A DNA stretch of 64,000 nucleotides from Candidatus Heimdallarchaeum aukensis (lineage in GTDB: Archaea > Asgardarchaeota > Heimdallarchaeia > Heimdallarchaeales > Heimdallarchaeaceae), in NCBI GenBank assembly GCA_021513695.1, contig CP084166.1:1824001-1888000 (forward strand), in the 5' to 3' direction. How positions within the stretch are numbered: position 1 is the stretch's first letter; each line of letters opens with the position of its first letter. Below the pieces are notes generated by a model. The model was not told where the DNA came from. It made no database searches and was given only the letters and a program-made list of their open reading frames with translations. A program made the position numbers and the translations under genes. Below are positions 19,612 to 30,404 of the stretch, in pieces.

Positions 19612-21066
19612 CTAAATGTCTGTTCTATTAAAGTCGATATTTTTATCTCTAAACTTTGGATGAAACTTTTTAATAACCTCAATAGGAATACGTTTAAGTA
19701 CACGTTCTGGATCGTCGAAAATGGATAATAGTTCCCATCCTAAATCTAAGCTTTCAAAAATTGTTCTGTCTTCATGGTAATCTTGGTTAATGAATTTTTC
19801 TTCAAATAAATCAGCAAATTGTAAGGTTTTTCGATCTAAATCCGAAAGGCTTTCTGAACCAACAACAGCAACAAGATCCCTTAGATCCCTACCATCTGCA
19901 TATAAAGCATACAACTGGTCAGCCACATACTTATGATCACTACGAGTGGAATTAATACCTATACATTCCTTCATAAGACGGCTTAAACTAGGTAAAGGAT
20001 TAATAGGTGGGTACAAACCCTTGCGGTTTAAGCCTACATCAATGTAGATTTGGCCCTCTGTAATATAACCAGTTAAATCAGGAACTGGATGGGTGATGTC
20101 AAAATTTGGCATTGTTAAGATTGGAATTTGCGTAATGGAGCCTTTTTTACCGCGTATTTTTCCTGCTCTTTCATATATTGTAGCAAAGTCGCTGTATAAA
20201 TAGCCTGGGTATCCTCTTCTTCCAGGAACTTCATTTCTTGCAGCTCCTATCTCCCTCAGTGCTTCTGCATATGTGGTCATATCAGTTAATATTACTAATA
20301 CTTGGTATCCTTTCTCAAAAGCTAGATATTCAGCAGCTGTTAGAGCAATTCTGGGAGTTAGTAATCTTTCTACAGCAGGATCATCTGCAAGATTCAAGAA
20401 CAGCACAGTTCGTTCTAAAGCACCGGTTGATTCAAAATCATCTCTGAAGAATCTTGCTTCGTCAGCTGTTAACCCCATGGCACAGAAAACGACTGCAAAA
20501 TTTTCTTCTTCACCCAAAACTTTTGCTTGTCTTGCAATTTGGGCTGCGATTCTGTTGTGAGGTAACCCACTACCTGAAAAGAGAGGTAATTTTTGTCCTC
20601 TAACCAATGTAAGCAGCGTATCAATAGTAGAAATACCTGTTTGAATAAACTCTTTTGGATATTCTCTAGCTGAGGGATTAATGGGAGCTCCATTTATGTC
20701 CAGAATTTTTTCTACAGCAACAGGGCCTCCTCCATCAATTGTTATTCCTCTTCCACTAAAAACTCTTCCTAATATTTCGTGGCTCACTCCAAACTCCATT
20801 GTACGGCCTAAAAATCGAACTCTAGTTTTATCTGTCTCTAAACCTCTTGTTCCTTCAAAAACTTGAACTACGGCTAAATTTCGGGATACTTCCAGTACCT
20901 GTCCATTTCTTTTTTCTCCATCTACTGTTTCAATTTGAACAATTTCACCATATGAAACTCCACCTTTATTCCTTAAGTCAACAAACAGTAGAGGTCCACT
21001 TACTTGTTGGACTGTTTGAAATTCTCTATAATTTAATTGTAACTTTTCGTCCATTTTTTTCACCAC
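19612..21066 (-). CDS. atpB: A-type (A1A0) ATP synthase subunit B
   Basis: Non-catalytic subunit-B sequence ending ...[58 protein letters not shown]. Confidence 0.85.
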   Translation of the reverse strand: MVKKMDEKLQLNYREFQTVQQVSGPLLFVDLRNKGGVSYGEIVQIETVDGEKRNGQVLEVSRNLAVVQVFEGTRGLETDKTRVRFLGRTMEFGVSHEILGRVFSGRGITIDGGGPVAVEKILDINGAPINPSAREYPKEFIQTGISTIDTLLTLVRGQKLPLFSGSGLPHNRIAAQIARQAKVLGEEENFAVVFCAMGLTADEARFFRDDFESTGALERTVLFLNLADDPAVERLLTPRIALTAAEYLAFEKGYQVLVILTDMTTYAEALREIGAARNEVPGRRGYPGYLYSDFATIYERAGKIRGKKGSITQIPILTMPNFDITHPVPDLTGYITEGQIYIDVGLNRKGLYPPINPLPSLSRLMKECIGINSTRSDHKYVADQLYALYADGRDLRDLVAVVGSESLSDLDRKTLQFADLFEEKFINQDYHEDRTIFESLDLGWELLSIFDDPERVLKRIPIEVIKKFHPKFRDKNIDFNRTDI

Positions 21067-21068
21067 GC

Positions 21069-24000
21069 TTAACTCAAATCCTCCACGCCTACATCTGTAG
21101 GACTGATACCATCAATTTCAGCAATAAGAGCGTTTATTTCCTCTTCTACATCTTCTTGTACGATATACTTCATTCTTGCGATTTTAACCACAACATCGTG
21201 CTCAAATATGTTCTTGACCTCTGCACCTCTCTGATACAGATCATTCGCCTTATGATAGAAACTTAATATCGCCTTTAGCATAAGATATTGTTTTTGCATA
21301 CTACAAAACGAATCGACTTCATGAAAAGCATTCTGCTGTAGAAAAGACTCTTTTATTATTCTAGCAATTTCTAAGACGATTTTCTCTTTAGGGGGAAGAG
21401 CATCAGGACCTACAAGAGAAACAATTTCAGAAAGTTCTTTATCCTTTTGTAACAATGCCATAGCTTCTGCACGCAATTCTGGGAATTCAGGATCAATATT
21501 AGTTGAATACCACTCTTGTAATACGTTCCAATATAATGTATAGCTTAAAAGGTAATCAATAGCAGGAAAATGTCTTCTTGCGGCAAGATCCTTGCTTAAT
21601 GCCCAGAACACTTTTACTATCCTTAAAGTGTTTTGAGTAACTGGCTCACTAAAATCGCCTCCAGGGGGGCTCACAGCTCCAACAACTGTAATACTAGCAG
21701 TTCTTGGTTCTGATCCTAAAGTCAGCACTCTACCAGCTCTTTCATAATATTGTGCAACTTTTGAAGCCAAATAAGCAGGAAAACCTTCTTCACCAGGCAT
21801 TTCTTCTAGTCTTCCAGATATTTCTCTTAATGCCTCAGCCCATCGGGAAGTTGAATCAGCCATCATTGCTACATCATAACCCATATCTCTAAAGAATTCA
21901 GCCATTGTTATTCCAGTGTAAACACTTGCTTCTCTTGCAGCTACAGGCATGTTGGAAGTGTTAGCTATTAATGTAGTTCTATCCATTAGGGGGCCACCAG
22001 TATACGGATCAACAAGTTTAGGGAACTCTCTTAAGACATCAGTCATCTCATTTCCTCTTTCACCACAACCTACATAAACAACTATCTTAGCATCCGACCA
22101 TTTAGCTAGTTGATGCTGTGATACAGTATTATGTAGGGTGAATGGTAATTCTCCTCCAACAAAGTTGTGATATTCGTCTACTGTTAAATCATAGACATCA
22201 GTTTCCTGTTCGATTATTGAAATTTCTTTTATTCTATCGAAAAACACATGTTCTACTAATTCCTGAAGATAGGCTCGATTACTAAAATCATCCAAAGTGT
22301 TAGTATCAAAATTAGAATTTGTTACATCTACCACTTGTTCTATTACGACAGAACTATTATTTGACTGAACAACTTTTCTTGCTAATTGTGTAATATTATT
22401 AGTTTCTTGATACTGGTATAGTTGGTACATTTTTTCATGTTTAGTGGTATTATAATGAGAGAACTTTTCTATCAACTTCAGTAGTTCTTTCTCTTTTATT
22501 TCGAAAACAAAGTTGTTTTGATCTTTTAGATTATAAACAACACCTAATCGTGTTAGGAGATAAGAAAATTCTGATAATTGGAATTTGTTTTTATGATATA
22601 TTTGAAGAGTAGTATCATTGAACGATGTATTTATTACAAAGTAACCATTTAGATAATGAACCAACAGCTCATCGGATGATTGCATCAAGAGTTTTGGAAC
22701 ACGAACATCAGAATCTGTCAAACTGCCTTTAAGTCCAAGATATTGAAGGAATTTAACAACTACAGAACTTGAAAAATGTACAAAATTTTCCCCTATTGTG
22801 TTATCATAATCATAGGCACAAAATAGTCCAAATATTTGCTCAGTAAGATCATTAAAACGATTCAACAAAAAATCTGAATTTGTGCTAAAGAAAATAGTTT
22901 CATCTCTAATGATACCATTAGCTGTAAAGAGTCCTAACCATTCAGCAAGTTCATTAGTCATGTAAACAGGTAACTTCACAACTGAAGAATTAGTTTCTTC
23001 ACGTAATACAGAAACACTGATTTCTGGTTCTCCAGCTAATTTAGTTAGTTTATGTAAAAATGCTAAATTAGGCTCTTTTTCTTTGTTTAAATATTTCATT
23101 AAAATGTTGAATGAAACATTAGTTTTTTGAGCAATTTCTTCCAAAGACATTACTTCACTTAGTTTGTTGATAATTTCTTCCATCCTCATTAAAGCTTGTG
23201 TGTCAGCAACTCTAAGTGATAGATCGATATCATAGGCACTAATAGGATTTTGTTGTCCTTTAATTTGAAGATGGCGAGGAACAATAAGCAAATCACCGGG
23301 TCGTAGATACTGTGATTCTACCTCTTCTATTTTGCGTCCATTGAATCTAAAAAGTTTATGAACAGGTGTAACAGTAACTTCTCTTCCACTATCTGTTTTT
23401 ACACTTACCAGTCTTGACGTTTTTCCACGATAAATGTAACTTGCTTTTTGCTCAACATATGATTCTCCATTAAAACTTAGTATAGAAAGGTCACCGGTAA
23501 TTTTTATCAGAGTTTCATTTTCATTATCTAATTCAATCAATCCATCATTTTGAATAAAACTTTTATAAAGATCCTTTATTTCTACCAAACTTCCATCGCT
23601 TAGGAATACTGGAGTGGAACCAACAACACATTTCCCAGTCCCAAAACCGCCGGGAATTGCTCCAGTTCCTCCTTTTGCAATAGGGGCGAAAGTATCAAAT
23701 ATTCTTTGCCCAGTTATCAGGGGGACATTACTTGGTAAACGTTTATATATTGGTCTAGGAGTTCGGACAGGCCATTTATGGAAAAATTGTAAATCTATCT
23801 TTTCTCCACTAGCTGTTAACACTGTTGCTGCAGTTTCATCTATGGTGTAATCGCCTGCAGGAGCAATGTATTCTAGAGTTCCCTTTATATAAGGAGGTAC
23901 CAACAGCTTAAAATCAACTGTAGGCGTTTCAGGAATAATTCCTAATATATCTCCGCCTACCACCTTATCTCCTTTCTTAAGTATTGGACGAAAATCCCAT

Positions 24001-24356
24001 AATTTTTTGTGATCTAATCCTGGAACATCAATTCCTCGAGAGATATTGTCTCCTGTCAATTTTTGTATTTCTGGAAGAGGACGTTGAATTCCATCATATA
24101 TTTGACGAAGTAAACCAGGACCTAGCTCTACTGAAAGAGGATTATTTGTGGGGTACACAGGTTCTCCGGGTGTTAGACCGTCAGTACTTTCATAAACTTG
24201 AATTGTAGCTACATCACCTTCTAGTCTAATTATCTCACCAACTAGTCGTTCATTCCCTACTCTTGCAACATCATAAAGTTTAGCCCCAAGCATGTTAGAT
24301 GCTTGCACTACAGGACCTGATATTTTATTTATTACTCCAACTTTGGCATCATTCAT
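21069..24356 (-). CDS. atpA: A-type ATP synthase catalytic subunit A, interrupted by an in-frame intein of about 501 aa
   Basis: The exteins total 594 aa. The P-loop reads GGFGTGK[C...intein...HN][28 protein letters not shown]. The whole ORF is 1095 aa. Confidence 0.85.
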   Translation of the reverse strand: MNDAKVGVINKISGPVVQASNMLGAKLYDVARVGNERLVGEIIRLEGDVATIQVYESTDGLTPGEPVYPTNNPLSVELGPGLLRQIYDGIQRPLPEIQKLTGDNISRGIDVPGLDHKKLWDFRPILKKGDKVVGGDILGIIPETPTVDFKLLVPPYIKGTLEYIAPAGDYTIDETAATVLTASGEKIDLQFFHKWPVRTPRPIYKRLPSNVPLITGQRIFDTFAPIAKGGTGAIPGGFGTGKCVVGSTPVFLSDGSLVEIKDLYKSFIQNDGLIELDNENETLIKITGDLSILSFNGESYVEQKASYIYRGKTSRLVSVKTDSGREVTVTPVHKLFRFNGRKIEEVESQYLRPGDLLIVPRHLQIKGQQNPISAYDIDLSLRVADTQALMRMEEIINKLSEVMSLEEIAQKTNVSFNILMKYLNKEKEPNLAFLHKLTKLAGEPEISVSVLREETNSSVVKLPVYMTNELAEWLGLFTANGIIRDETIFFSTNSDFLLNRFNDLTEQIFGLFCAYDYDNTIGENFVHFSSSVVVKFLQYLGLKGSLTDSDVRVPKLLMQSSDELLVHYLNGYFVINTSFNDTTLQIYHKNKFQLSEFSYLLTRLGVVYNLKDQNNFVFEIKEKELLKLIEKFSHYNTTKHEKMYQLYQYQETNNITQLARKVVQSNNSSVVIEQVVDVTNSNFDTNTLDDFSNRAYLQELVEHVFFDRIKEISIIEQETDVYDLTVDEYHNFVGGELPFTLHNTVSQHQLAKWSDAKIVVYVGCGERGNEMTDVLREFPKLVDPYTGGPLMDRTTLIANTSNMPVAAREASVYTGITMAEFFRDMGYDVAMMADSTSRWAEALREISGRLEEMPGEEGFPAYLASKVAQYYERAGRVLTLGSEPRTASITVVGAVSPPGGDFSEPVTQNTLRIVKVFWALSKDLAARRHFPAIDYLLSYTLYWNVLQEWYSTNIDPEFPELRAEAMALLQKDKELSEIVSLVGPDALPPKEKIVLEIARIIKESFLQQNAFHEVDSFCSMQKQYLMLKAILSFYHKANDLYQRGAEVKNIFEHDVVVKIARMKYIVQEDVEEEINALIAEIDGISPTDVGVEDLS
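22128..23630 (-). mobile_element. Intein in atpA at the P-loop (VMA-type site), with a degenerate LAGLIDADG homing-endonuclease region
   Basis: N-terminal [14 protein letters not shown], block-B TPVH, C-terminal [23 protein letters not shown] followed by a +1 Thr. The boundaries come from codon counting. Confidence 0.75.
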
Positions 24357-24455
24357 TCTCTATCTTTCTCGCTTCTGATAAACCACTGTAAAAAAAGAAT
24401 TTTTTAAGTTTATCTAAGAGAACAAGAAATCACAACCCAAGGTTTTTTTGAATTT

Positions 24456-25010
24456 CTATATTGTTCTGACAGAGCCACCTAATTTATTTGTAATAAAATC
24501 AGTAATTTCTTCTATCGTTTTTTTATTATCACAGTATATTGCATGTTCCTTAAGCTCAGGAAGCCATTTTTTATAAATATAGAATTTTTTAGAAAAGGGT
24601 TGAGTCGAAGAATATTCCTTACATTTCTCTATTAATGCTTTATTTTTTGAATAGGTAACGCTAGCTAAAATACAGTATTTATAGGAGTAAGTAGGGCCAT
24701 TATCAGAATACGAAACTTTAAACCAACTTTCATTTGTAACATCTTCTTCATGTTTTTGAATAGTCAAATTAGAAAGTTTTTCTTTTGAACACAATTTTTT
24801 TTCTAGCTTGAGTAGCTCGATATAATCTGTTTCTGTGATAGGTAAATTTAGGAAATTATATCTATATTCAAAATAATCTATTCTTCGCTCAATAAACTTG
24901 AATAAAGAATCAGATAACTCAGCTCTACAATGACTCAACTTGTTTTTCAATTCTGATAAAAAAGAGGGTATATCAGGATAATATTTACAAAACTCGTCCA
25001 TATCAATCAT
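24456..25010 (-). CDS. Hypothetical protein
   Basis: 184-aa ORF with no recognisable family, upstream of atpA. Confidence 0.3.
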   Translation of the reverse strand: MIDMDEFCKYYPDIPSFLSELKNKLSHCRAELSDSLFKFIERRIDYFEYRYNFLNLPITETDYIELLKLEKKLCSKEKLSNLTIQKHEEDVTNESWFKVSYSDNGPTYSYKYCILASVTYSKNKALIEKCKEYSSTQPFSKKFYIYKKWLPELKEHAIYCDNKKTIEEITDFITNKLGGSVRTI

Positions 25011-25080
25011 TTGTTTATCATAAATATAATGGAAAAATAGTATAAAAAACTAAAAAAAAAGCAAGATGTTATAAATTTAA

Positions 25081-26262
25081 TTAAAGTTTAACAACCCAAG
25101 GTTCAGTTTGTCTATTAGTTAAAAAAATGCAGCCATTTTCAGTAACCCTAATCATTTCTTCAATTGAACAATATCCATATCTTTGCAAATAAACATGTAG
25201 CTCTAGTGTAAAAATATTATTTTCCTCAATTTTCAATTCTGGTGCTTGTCCATATTTCTCCCACCTTGGCCCAATTAAGCAGCCACCATCATGAACATTA
25301 ATACCCACTTGATGACCTAATGCATGCATAAATTCAGAGTAACCAGCAGAAATAATATATTCTCGAGCAATCTTGTCAATCTCACATCCTTTTACTCCAG
25401 GTCTAATCTTACTGGCAGCTTCTGTAATTGCATTCTTACAAGTGTTAAATGCTTTTTCAACCTCATCTGGAACAGAATTTTCATTATCACCAAGAACATA
25501 TGTTAATCTTTGAATATCAGAAGCATAACCACCATATATTACTCCATAATCAACATTTACGAGATAACCACGTTTCACAGAGATTTTTGAAGAAGGATCA
25601 CCATGTCCAATAACAGTTTCTGGACCAACATTAATTAAAGGAGGATAAGCATACTTAACTCCAAATCTTTCATTATTGGCTTTTAGAATATTCGCAAGGT
25701 CAGTTTCAGTCATTCCAAGTTGTATACTATCTTTTAATAATTCATGACCTATTTCACTTATTTTTATAGCTTGTTTAATTCTCTCTACTTCTTCAGGGGT
25801 TTTCCTTCCTCGTAATGCAGACAATATTTTTTCAGAAGATACTAATCTATCCTTATATGGAGTGTCTTCAAGGATCTTTCTTAATTTTAAGAATAGACCA
25901 TAGGTTAATCCATCAGCTGCAACATTATCTTCAGAATAGTTAATTGCAATTGTTTTAGGTTTATAGCGCCCTAAAATATTAAGCAACCCATCCTTGATTC
26001 CTAAATCATAGAGTATAATTTCATCATAGATTTCTTGTTTTTCAATATTAGGAGCATCGTATCGACCTACAATTACTATTTTTTTGCCTTCTTTAGTCAA
26101 AATGAAACATGTTTGCCAAGTTAACCAAGTGGAGTCTGTTAAAAAGAAAAGACTTGGATCATGAATCTCTGATGTTTTTCTGACATAAGTCAACCACATG
26201 TCAATATCTAGCTCTTGAAGGATTGCTATTGCTTGATTTACTTTTTCTTTTATTAAACACAT
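25081..26262 (-). CDS. M24-family metallopeptidase (Xaa-Pro aminopeptidase/prolidase-like)
   Basis: Pita-bread-fold metal ligands D...D...HALGHQVGINVHDGG...E...E. 393 aa. Confidence 0.75.
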   Translation of the reverse strand: MCLIKEKVNQAIAILQELDIDMWLTYVRKTSEIHDPSLFFLTDSTWLTWQTCFILTKEGKKIVIVGRYDAPNIEKQEIYDEIILYDLGIKDGLLNILGRYKPKTIAINYSEDNVAADGLTYGLFLKLRKILEDTPYKDRLVSSEKILSALRGRKTPEEVERIKQAIKISEIGHELLKDSIQLGMTETDLANILKANNERFGVKYAYPPLINVGPETVIGHGDPSSKISVKRGYLVNVDYGVIYGGYASDIQRLTYVLGDNENSVPDEVEKAFNTCKNAITEAASKIRPGVKGCEIDKIAREYIISAGYSEFMHALGHQVGINVHDGGCLIGPRWEKYGQAPELKIEENNIFTLELHVYLQRYGYCSIEEMIRVTENGCIFLTNRQTEPWVVKL

Positions 26263-26349
26263 AAATCATTATTAATACTCAAGGATTTAAAATTTATTGA
26301 AAAAAATTATCTAAAAAATCACAAAATTTTTTTTATCTTCTTTAGATTC

Positions 26350-27156
26350 TTGAATATGGGCATTTTACAGTTTTTACTAGTTGTTCTTTCTTTGATAATA
26401 ACGATCATTATTCTTTTTCTGCTAATAATTAAAAATGAAGAAAAGAAAAGCAAATACTTTTGGATTGTTTTTATAGGTGCTATGGGGTGGTTAATTGCAT
26501 TTCTTTTGCGTATTATTCCTCTAAATCTTGCTAAATCACTCACACTAGTTTCTCTAGGAATAGATTTATCAGATACACAAGCAGTACAAGCTGCGTCACA
26601 TAATGTTATAGTCCTTATGTGGGGGCCTATTTTTGCAGGTTTATTTGAGGAATTTGGCAGATATTTTCTTATTTCAAAAATAAGAGATGTAAAATCTAAT
26701 TATCCAAAAGGTCCAATAATATTAGGGATAGGGTGGACTTTAGGAGAGATAATTTACATCTATACAGCATACTTAATCTCGATGAACACATTAAATATAC
26801 CTTGGGAAACATCTGCATGGTCACTTGTATTAGCAAGTTTATTTGAACGTTTTACAGTTTCTGTTTTTCATGTCTTGATGAGTTTAGTCATTTTTCAGTC
26901 AATTCTTGAAAAACATTTGATGAAAAGATACGGATTGTGGATAGCTATAACTCTACACATACTATTTGATGGATTAATTATTGTGTGGATAATATTCTTT
27001 CCTTTAAAGAACCTCATTAATATTTGGACTTTAGAGATGGCTTTTGCATTTCTAACTCTAATTACTTTGATATTCGTTTCAAAGTATTGGGATAGAAAAA
27101 TAAGAGAAAAACTAAGTTTAATATCAAACGAAGAAGCAATTAGTTTAATAACTTAA
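26350..27156 (+). CDS. CPBP-family (CAAX protease/Abi) intramembrane metalloprotease
   Basis: Motif 1 GLFEEFGRYFL (EExxxR), motif 2 SVFHVLMS (FxxxH), motif 3 TLHILFDG (HxxxD/N), and multiple TM helices. Confidence 0.6.
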   Translation: MNMGILQFLLVVLSLIITIIILFLLIIKNEEKKSKYFWIVFIGAMGWLIAFLLRIIPLNLAKSLTLVSLGIDLSDTQAVQAASHNVIVLMWGPIFAGLFEEFGRYFLISKIRDVKSNYPKGPIILGIGWTLGEIIYIYTAYLISMNTLNIPWETSAWSLVLASLFERFTVSVFHVLMSLVIFQSILEKHLMKRYGLWIAITLHILFDGLIIVWIIFFPLKNLINIWTLEMAFAFLTLITLIFVSKYWDRKIREKLSLISNEEAISLIT

Positions 27157-27202
27157 AAAGCAAAATGCAAAAATTTTTGAATTTTTTCTTCTTTTTTAGA
27201 AC

Positions 27203-27712
27203 ATGAAACACGAACTAGAAAAAATAAGTCCATATTTATTTCCAAATCCCGCACTATTAATATCCTGCAAGAGTAGTAACAAAGAATCTATAATTACACT
27301 TTCTTGGGTAGGGACAAGTTGTTCTGAACCACCAATGATCTCTGTCGGAATTCGACCCACCAGATATTCGTACAATATTATAAAAGAATCAGGTGAATTT
27401 GTAATTAATGTGCCAACTTCAGAAATGATAGAAAAAGTGAAATTTTGTGGAACAAAATCAGGAAAAGATGTTGATAAGTGGATGGAATGTAATTTTACAA
27501 GAGAGAAACCTAGTAAAGTAAACACACCTTTAATTAAAGAATGTCCTGTAAATATTGAATGTACAGTAAAGAAAATTATTGAGTTAGGAAGTCATCATCT
27601 TTTTATTGCAGAGATTGTTGCAGTTCATATGGATGAAAATTGGAGAAAGAGTAAATATGAAGGGATGCTTACTTATTCTTTGGGTCAGTATGGTAAAACA
27701 GTTCCACTGTAA
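27203..27712 (+). CDS. Flavin reductase-like FMN-binding split-barrel protein
   Basis: ITLSWVGTSCSEPPMISVGIRP and the overall pattern are typical of the COG1853 flavin reductase-like domain. Confidence 0.6.
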   Translation: MKHELEKISPYLFPNPALLISCKSSNKESIITLSWVGTSCSEPPMISVGIRPTRYSYNIIKESGEFVINVPTSEMIEKVKFCGTKSGKDVDKWMECNFTREKPSKVNTPLIKECPVNIECTVKKIIELGSHHLFIAEIVAVHMDENWRKSKYEGMLTYSLGQYGKTVPL

Positions 27713-27719
27713 TTAAAAA

Positions 27720-28022
27720 ATGCGCAAAATTTTTTACGATATGAAACTATTTTATATCAGAGTGATTGAAATGAACAAAGAGAAATATATGACAGACATT
27801 TTGGACATAATGGCCACTCAAAAACGTGGTTTTAGTGTAGCTGATATAATGTTACAATTAAATACTCTTTACGCTCCCAGAGGAGAAAAACCAGATCAAA
27901 AAGTAGTGGAAGAGGTACTCAATGAGCTAACAGAAAAAGGATATCTAAAAAGATTCACTGTCGGAATTATTCCACAGTGGAAAATTACAGAAGAAGGAGA
28001 AGATTACTTTTATAGTCTATAA
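27720..28022 (+). CDS. Winged-helix DNA-binding protein
   Basis: wHTH-like FSVADIMLQLNTLYAPRGEKPDQKVVEEVLNELTEKGYLKR. The true start is probably an internal Met. Confidence 0.4.
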   Translation: MRKIFYDMKLFYIRVIEMNKEKYMTDILDIMATQKRGFSVADIMLQLNTLYAPRGEKPDQKVVEEVLNELTEKGYLKRFTVGIIPQWKITEEGEDYFYSL

Positions 28023-28039
28023 AAACATGTGATGCAAGA

Positions 28040-28804
28040 ATGAGCTTTAAAAAAAACATTGGTTTACCAATGGAAAGTTTTGAGGATGAACTTTATTTTA
28101 ATAGAGAACTAATTCATACAAAAGGTTTAAGAGAGTTCTCTTTATCTGAAGTTGTATTTAGGGGGGAAAATAAAGAAGATGAAAAAGAAAAAATAATTGT
28201 TTTTAAAAAATATCAAGACATTTTCCTTACTGAGCATAAACCACATTTTGATGATGTTCGATTTGATATTTTTGTTATTTTACCTGGTTTTCATTCAGGT
28301 GAGTTTAACCATATTCCAGGCTATTATAGGAATTATGCAGACAATGGATTTCATTTTCCTGAACTGTTTCAAGTTGTCGAGGGTTATGCAGAATTTCTTC
28401 TTCAACAACCAGCTGAAAAACATGAAAAAGTAAAAGATTGTATTTTATACAGATGTCAAGTTGGAGAAATAGTTACAATACCTCCAGCACATGGAGTAAC
28501 AATAATCAACCCTACCGATAAAAAAACAGTTGTAATTCGACTTAGAGCTAGAGATGCAGAGTCTATCCATGAGCATTACAATATGACGAGAGGAGCATGT
28601 TATTACAGAGAACAAAATGATAAATGGATTTTTAATTCCAACTATGAAGAAATAGCAACAATGAAGCTGCTACCTACACAAAAAAAATGGAAAGTTTTTC
28701 AAAAAGAGATCCCAATTTACCAATCGTTTATTAACAACACATGGTCTCAAAAATTTCTACTGGAACCAAATCCTGTTGATTTCATAATAGATACACTCAT
28801 ATAA
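28040..28804 (+). CDS. Cupin-fold protein, possibly archaeal cupin-type glucose-6-phosphate isomerase-like
   Basis: VTIPPAHGVTIINPTD matches the cupin motif-2 PPxxH...N seen in cPGI. Motif 1 is degenerate (FHSGEFNH). Confidence 0.35.
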   Translation: MSFKKNIGLPMESFEDELYFNRELIHTKGLREFSLSEVVFRGENKEDEKEKIIVFKKYQDIFLTEHKPHFDDVRFDIFVILPGFHSGEFNHIPGYYRNYADNGFHFPELFQVVEGYAEFLLQQPAEKHEKVKDCILYRCQVGEIVTIPPAHGVTIINPTDKKTVVIRLRARDAESIHEHYNMTRGACYYREQNDKWIFNSNYEEIATMKLLPTQKKWKVFQKEIPIYQSFINNTWSQKFLLEPNPVDFIIDTLI

Positions 28805-28884
28805 AATAACTTTTTCTTTTTTCATCAACAGTCCTTGAGAGCAAAATTAGAGTATAAAAAAATAAACAATAAAATTGACAAATG

Positions 28885-29286
28885 TCATTTAAGCTTATTG
28901 AGAGTTTCCAACAAGCTTTTTATTGCATTATTAATAGAAATTATTTCATCTATCTTATCAGAAATTTCTAGCTGCTTATTTAATTGACTTAATTTTTTCA
29001 TGATTACACTTTGTGTTTCAAGTAGAGTTTCATTGGTAATATTGCTACCATGCTGCGATATCTGGTACTGGGATTTGACTTGATTCGAGGGCATTTGCTT
29101 CCTTTGCTGTAATTTTGATTTTTCATCAACCAATACATACTCTTGTTTACATTTAACACAAATTGTTTTACCACCATACTCATATAAGGGAGAATAGCAT
29201 TTAGGACAAGCCTTATTTAACATTTTTCCACCCTTCAATAGTATGTCTGCCCCTGCTTTTGAATAATCGTCAGAACTGTTGTTCAT
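28885..29286 (-). CDS. UPF0148 family zinc-ribbon protein (autoantigen p27-like)
   Basis: CPKCYSPLYEYGGKTICVKC zinc ribbon followed by a coiled coil. Confidence 0.5.
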   Translation of the reverse strand: MNNSSDDYSKAGADILLKGGKMLNKACPKCYSPLYEYGGKTICVKCKQEYVLVDEKSKLQQRKQMPSNQVKSQYQISQHGSNITNETLLETQSVIMKKLSQLNKQLEISDKIDEIISINNAIKSLLETLNKLK

Positions 29287-29340
29287 TAGTTTCTTGTATT
29301 TTTTTTCATTATATAATATTTATTATAGAAAATAAAATTA

Positions 29341-30359
29341 TGTTTACTCAATAGACTTGGGTTACACTTTTGGGCAATAGAGAAACATAGGGGTGATTCA
29401 TAAATCTTTCTCCTGGGGTGAGGAAGTTAAGAGATTGGTGAGGACGACTAAAATTGTAGTAAGAGCGGTAGTAGGAGAGATCAGCGTTGCAGTATTTTAG
29501 ACCTAATCTTTCCATCTCACGGATGATGGTTGGGTCCCATGTAGTCTTTCTACTTTTCCACATGTTTCGGGGTGAAAAACTCTAGCTCTGATGTGTTTTA
29601 TTTCCTCTGTTTGGCACCAACGGGAGAAGGTACTTGTTCCTCCTCTAACGGAAGAGAAGAGTGCTCCATTGTCCGTGAGGATAGACTCGGGGTAACCGTA
29701 CTCTTTTATTGCTTCCTCTAGCAAACTTATTATCTGCTCTTTTTTTGGCGCAAAAGGGTGGAATTTAGCTCCCAGACAGAATCGTGAGTGGTCGTCTATC
29801 AAGGTTATGAGGTGGAGATGTTGTCCCTGTTCTTCTACCCAGAATGGCCCTTTCACATCTATTTGCCAGAGTTCGTTAGGTTTTTGACGTTCAAAACTCT
29901 TGTATCGAGGTCTCTTCCTCTTTTTTCTATTAACCCATAAAGGAAGACCTAACTCTTTTATTACTTTCGTCACTGTCGTCTGAGAGAGTGCTTTTCCTTC
30001 TCTCTTCAACAAATAAGCTATCTTCTCCACATTCATTCCTTGTTTTATTCTTAACTCCCTTATCCTCTCTTTTAACTCCTCATCTACTTTTTTGTGTATA
30101 GTTTTTGGTCTGGAAGATCTATCTTTCCACCAACCATTCTCCTTCAGGGTTCTCTCTGAACCTCTTCAACCACTTATACACAAACTTCCTACTCACCATA
30201 TACTTGTGAGCTATCTCTTTTATCTTTTCTCCTTCCAAAGCTTTTTTAACCACAATCTTTCTTAGTTTCTCCAGGTTACGTTCGGGTTTGTTCATAATAT
30301 ATCACTTACCCACGTAACCCACTTCTATTTATTTGTTACCAATGTGAGTTGAGTATACA
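29341..30359 (-). mobile_element. IS481-like insertion sequence copy 1 (rve/DDE transposase), decayed. Flanked by a perfect 16-bp direct repeat ATAGAAAATAAAATTA at 29325-29340 and 30360-30375.
   Basis: Termini are TGTTTACTC... and ...GAGTATACA, an imperfect TIR of the form TGTwyACTC. The HTH plus integrase core read WQIDVKG, LTDNGALF and HPETCGKVER. The flanking direct repeats were read directly from the sequence. Confidence 0.7.
29348..30303 (-). pseudogene. Transposase of IS copy 1, disrupted by at least two frameshifts
   Basis: A 4-nt insertion after ...ENPEGEW compared with copy 2, and a frameshift after ...ERLHGT that splits the ORFs at 29503-30036 and 29348-29563. Confidence 0.65.
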
Positions 30360-30404
30360 ATAGAAAATAAAATTAGAATAAAATATTCTTCAAATTATAC
30401 AATT

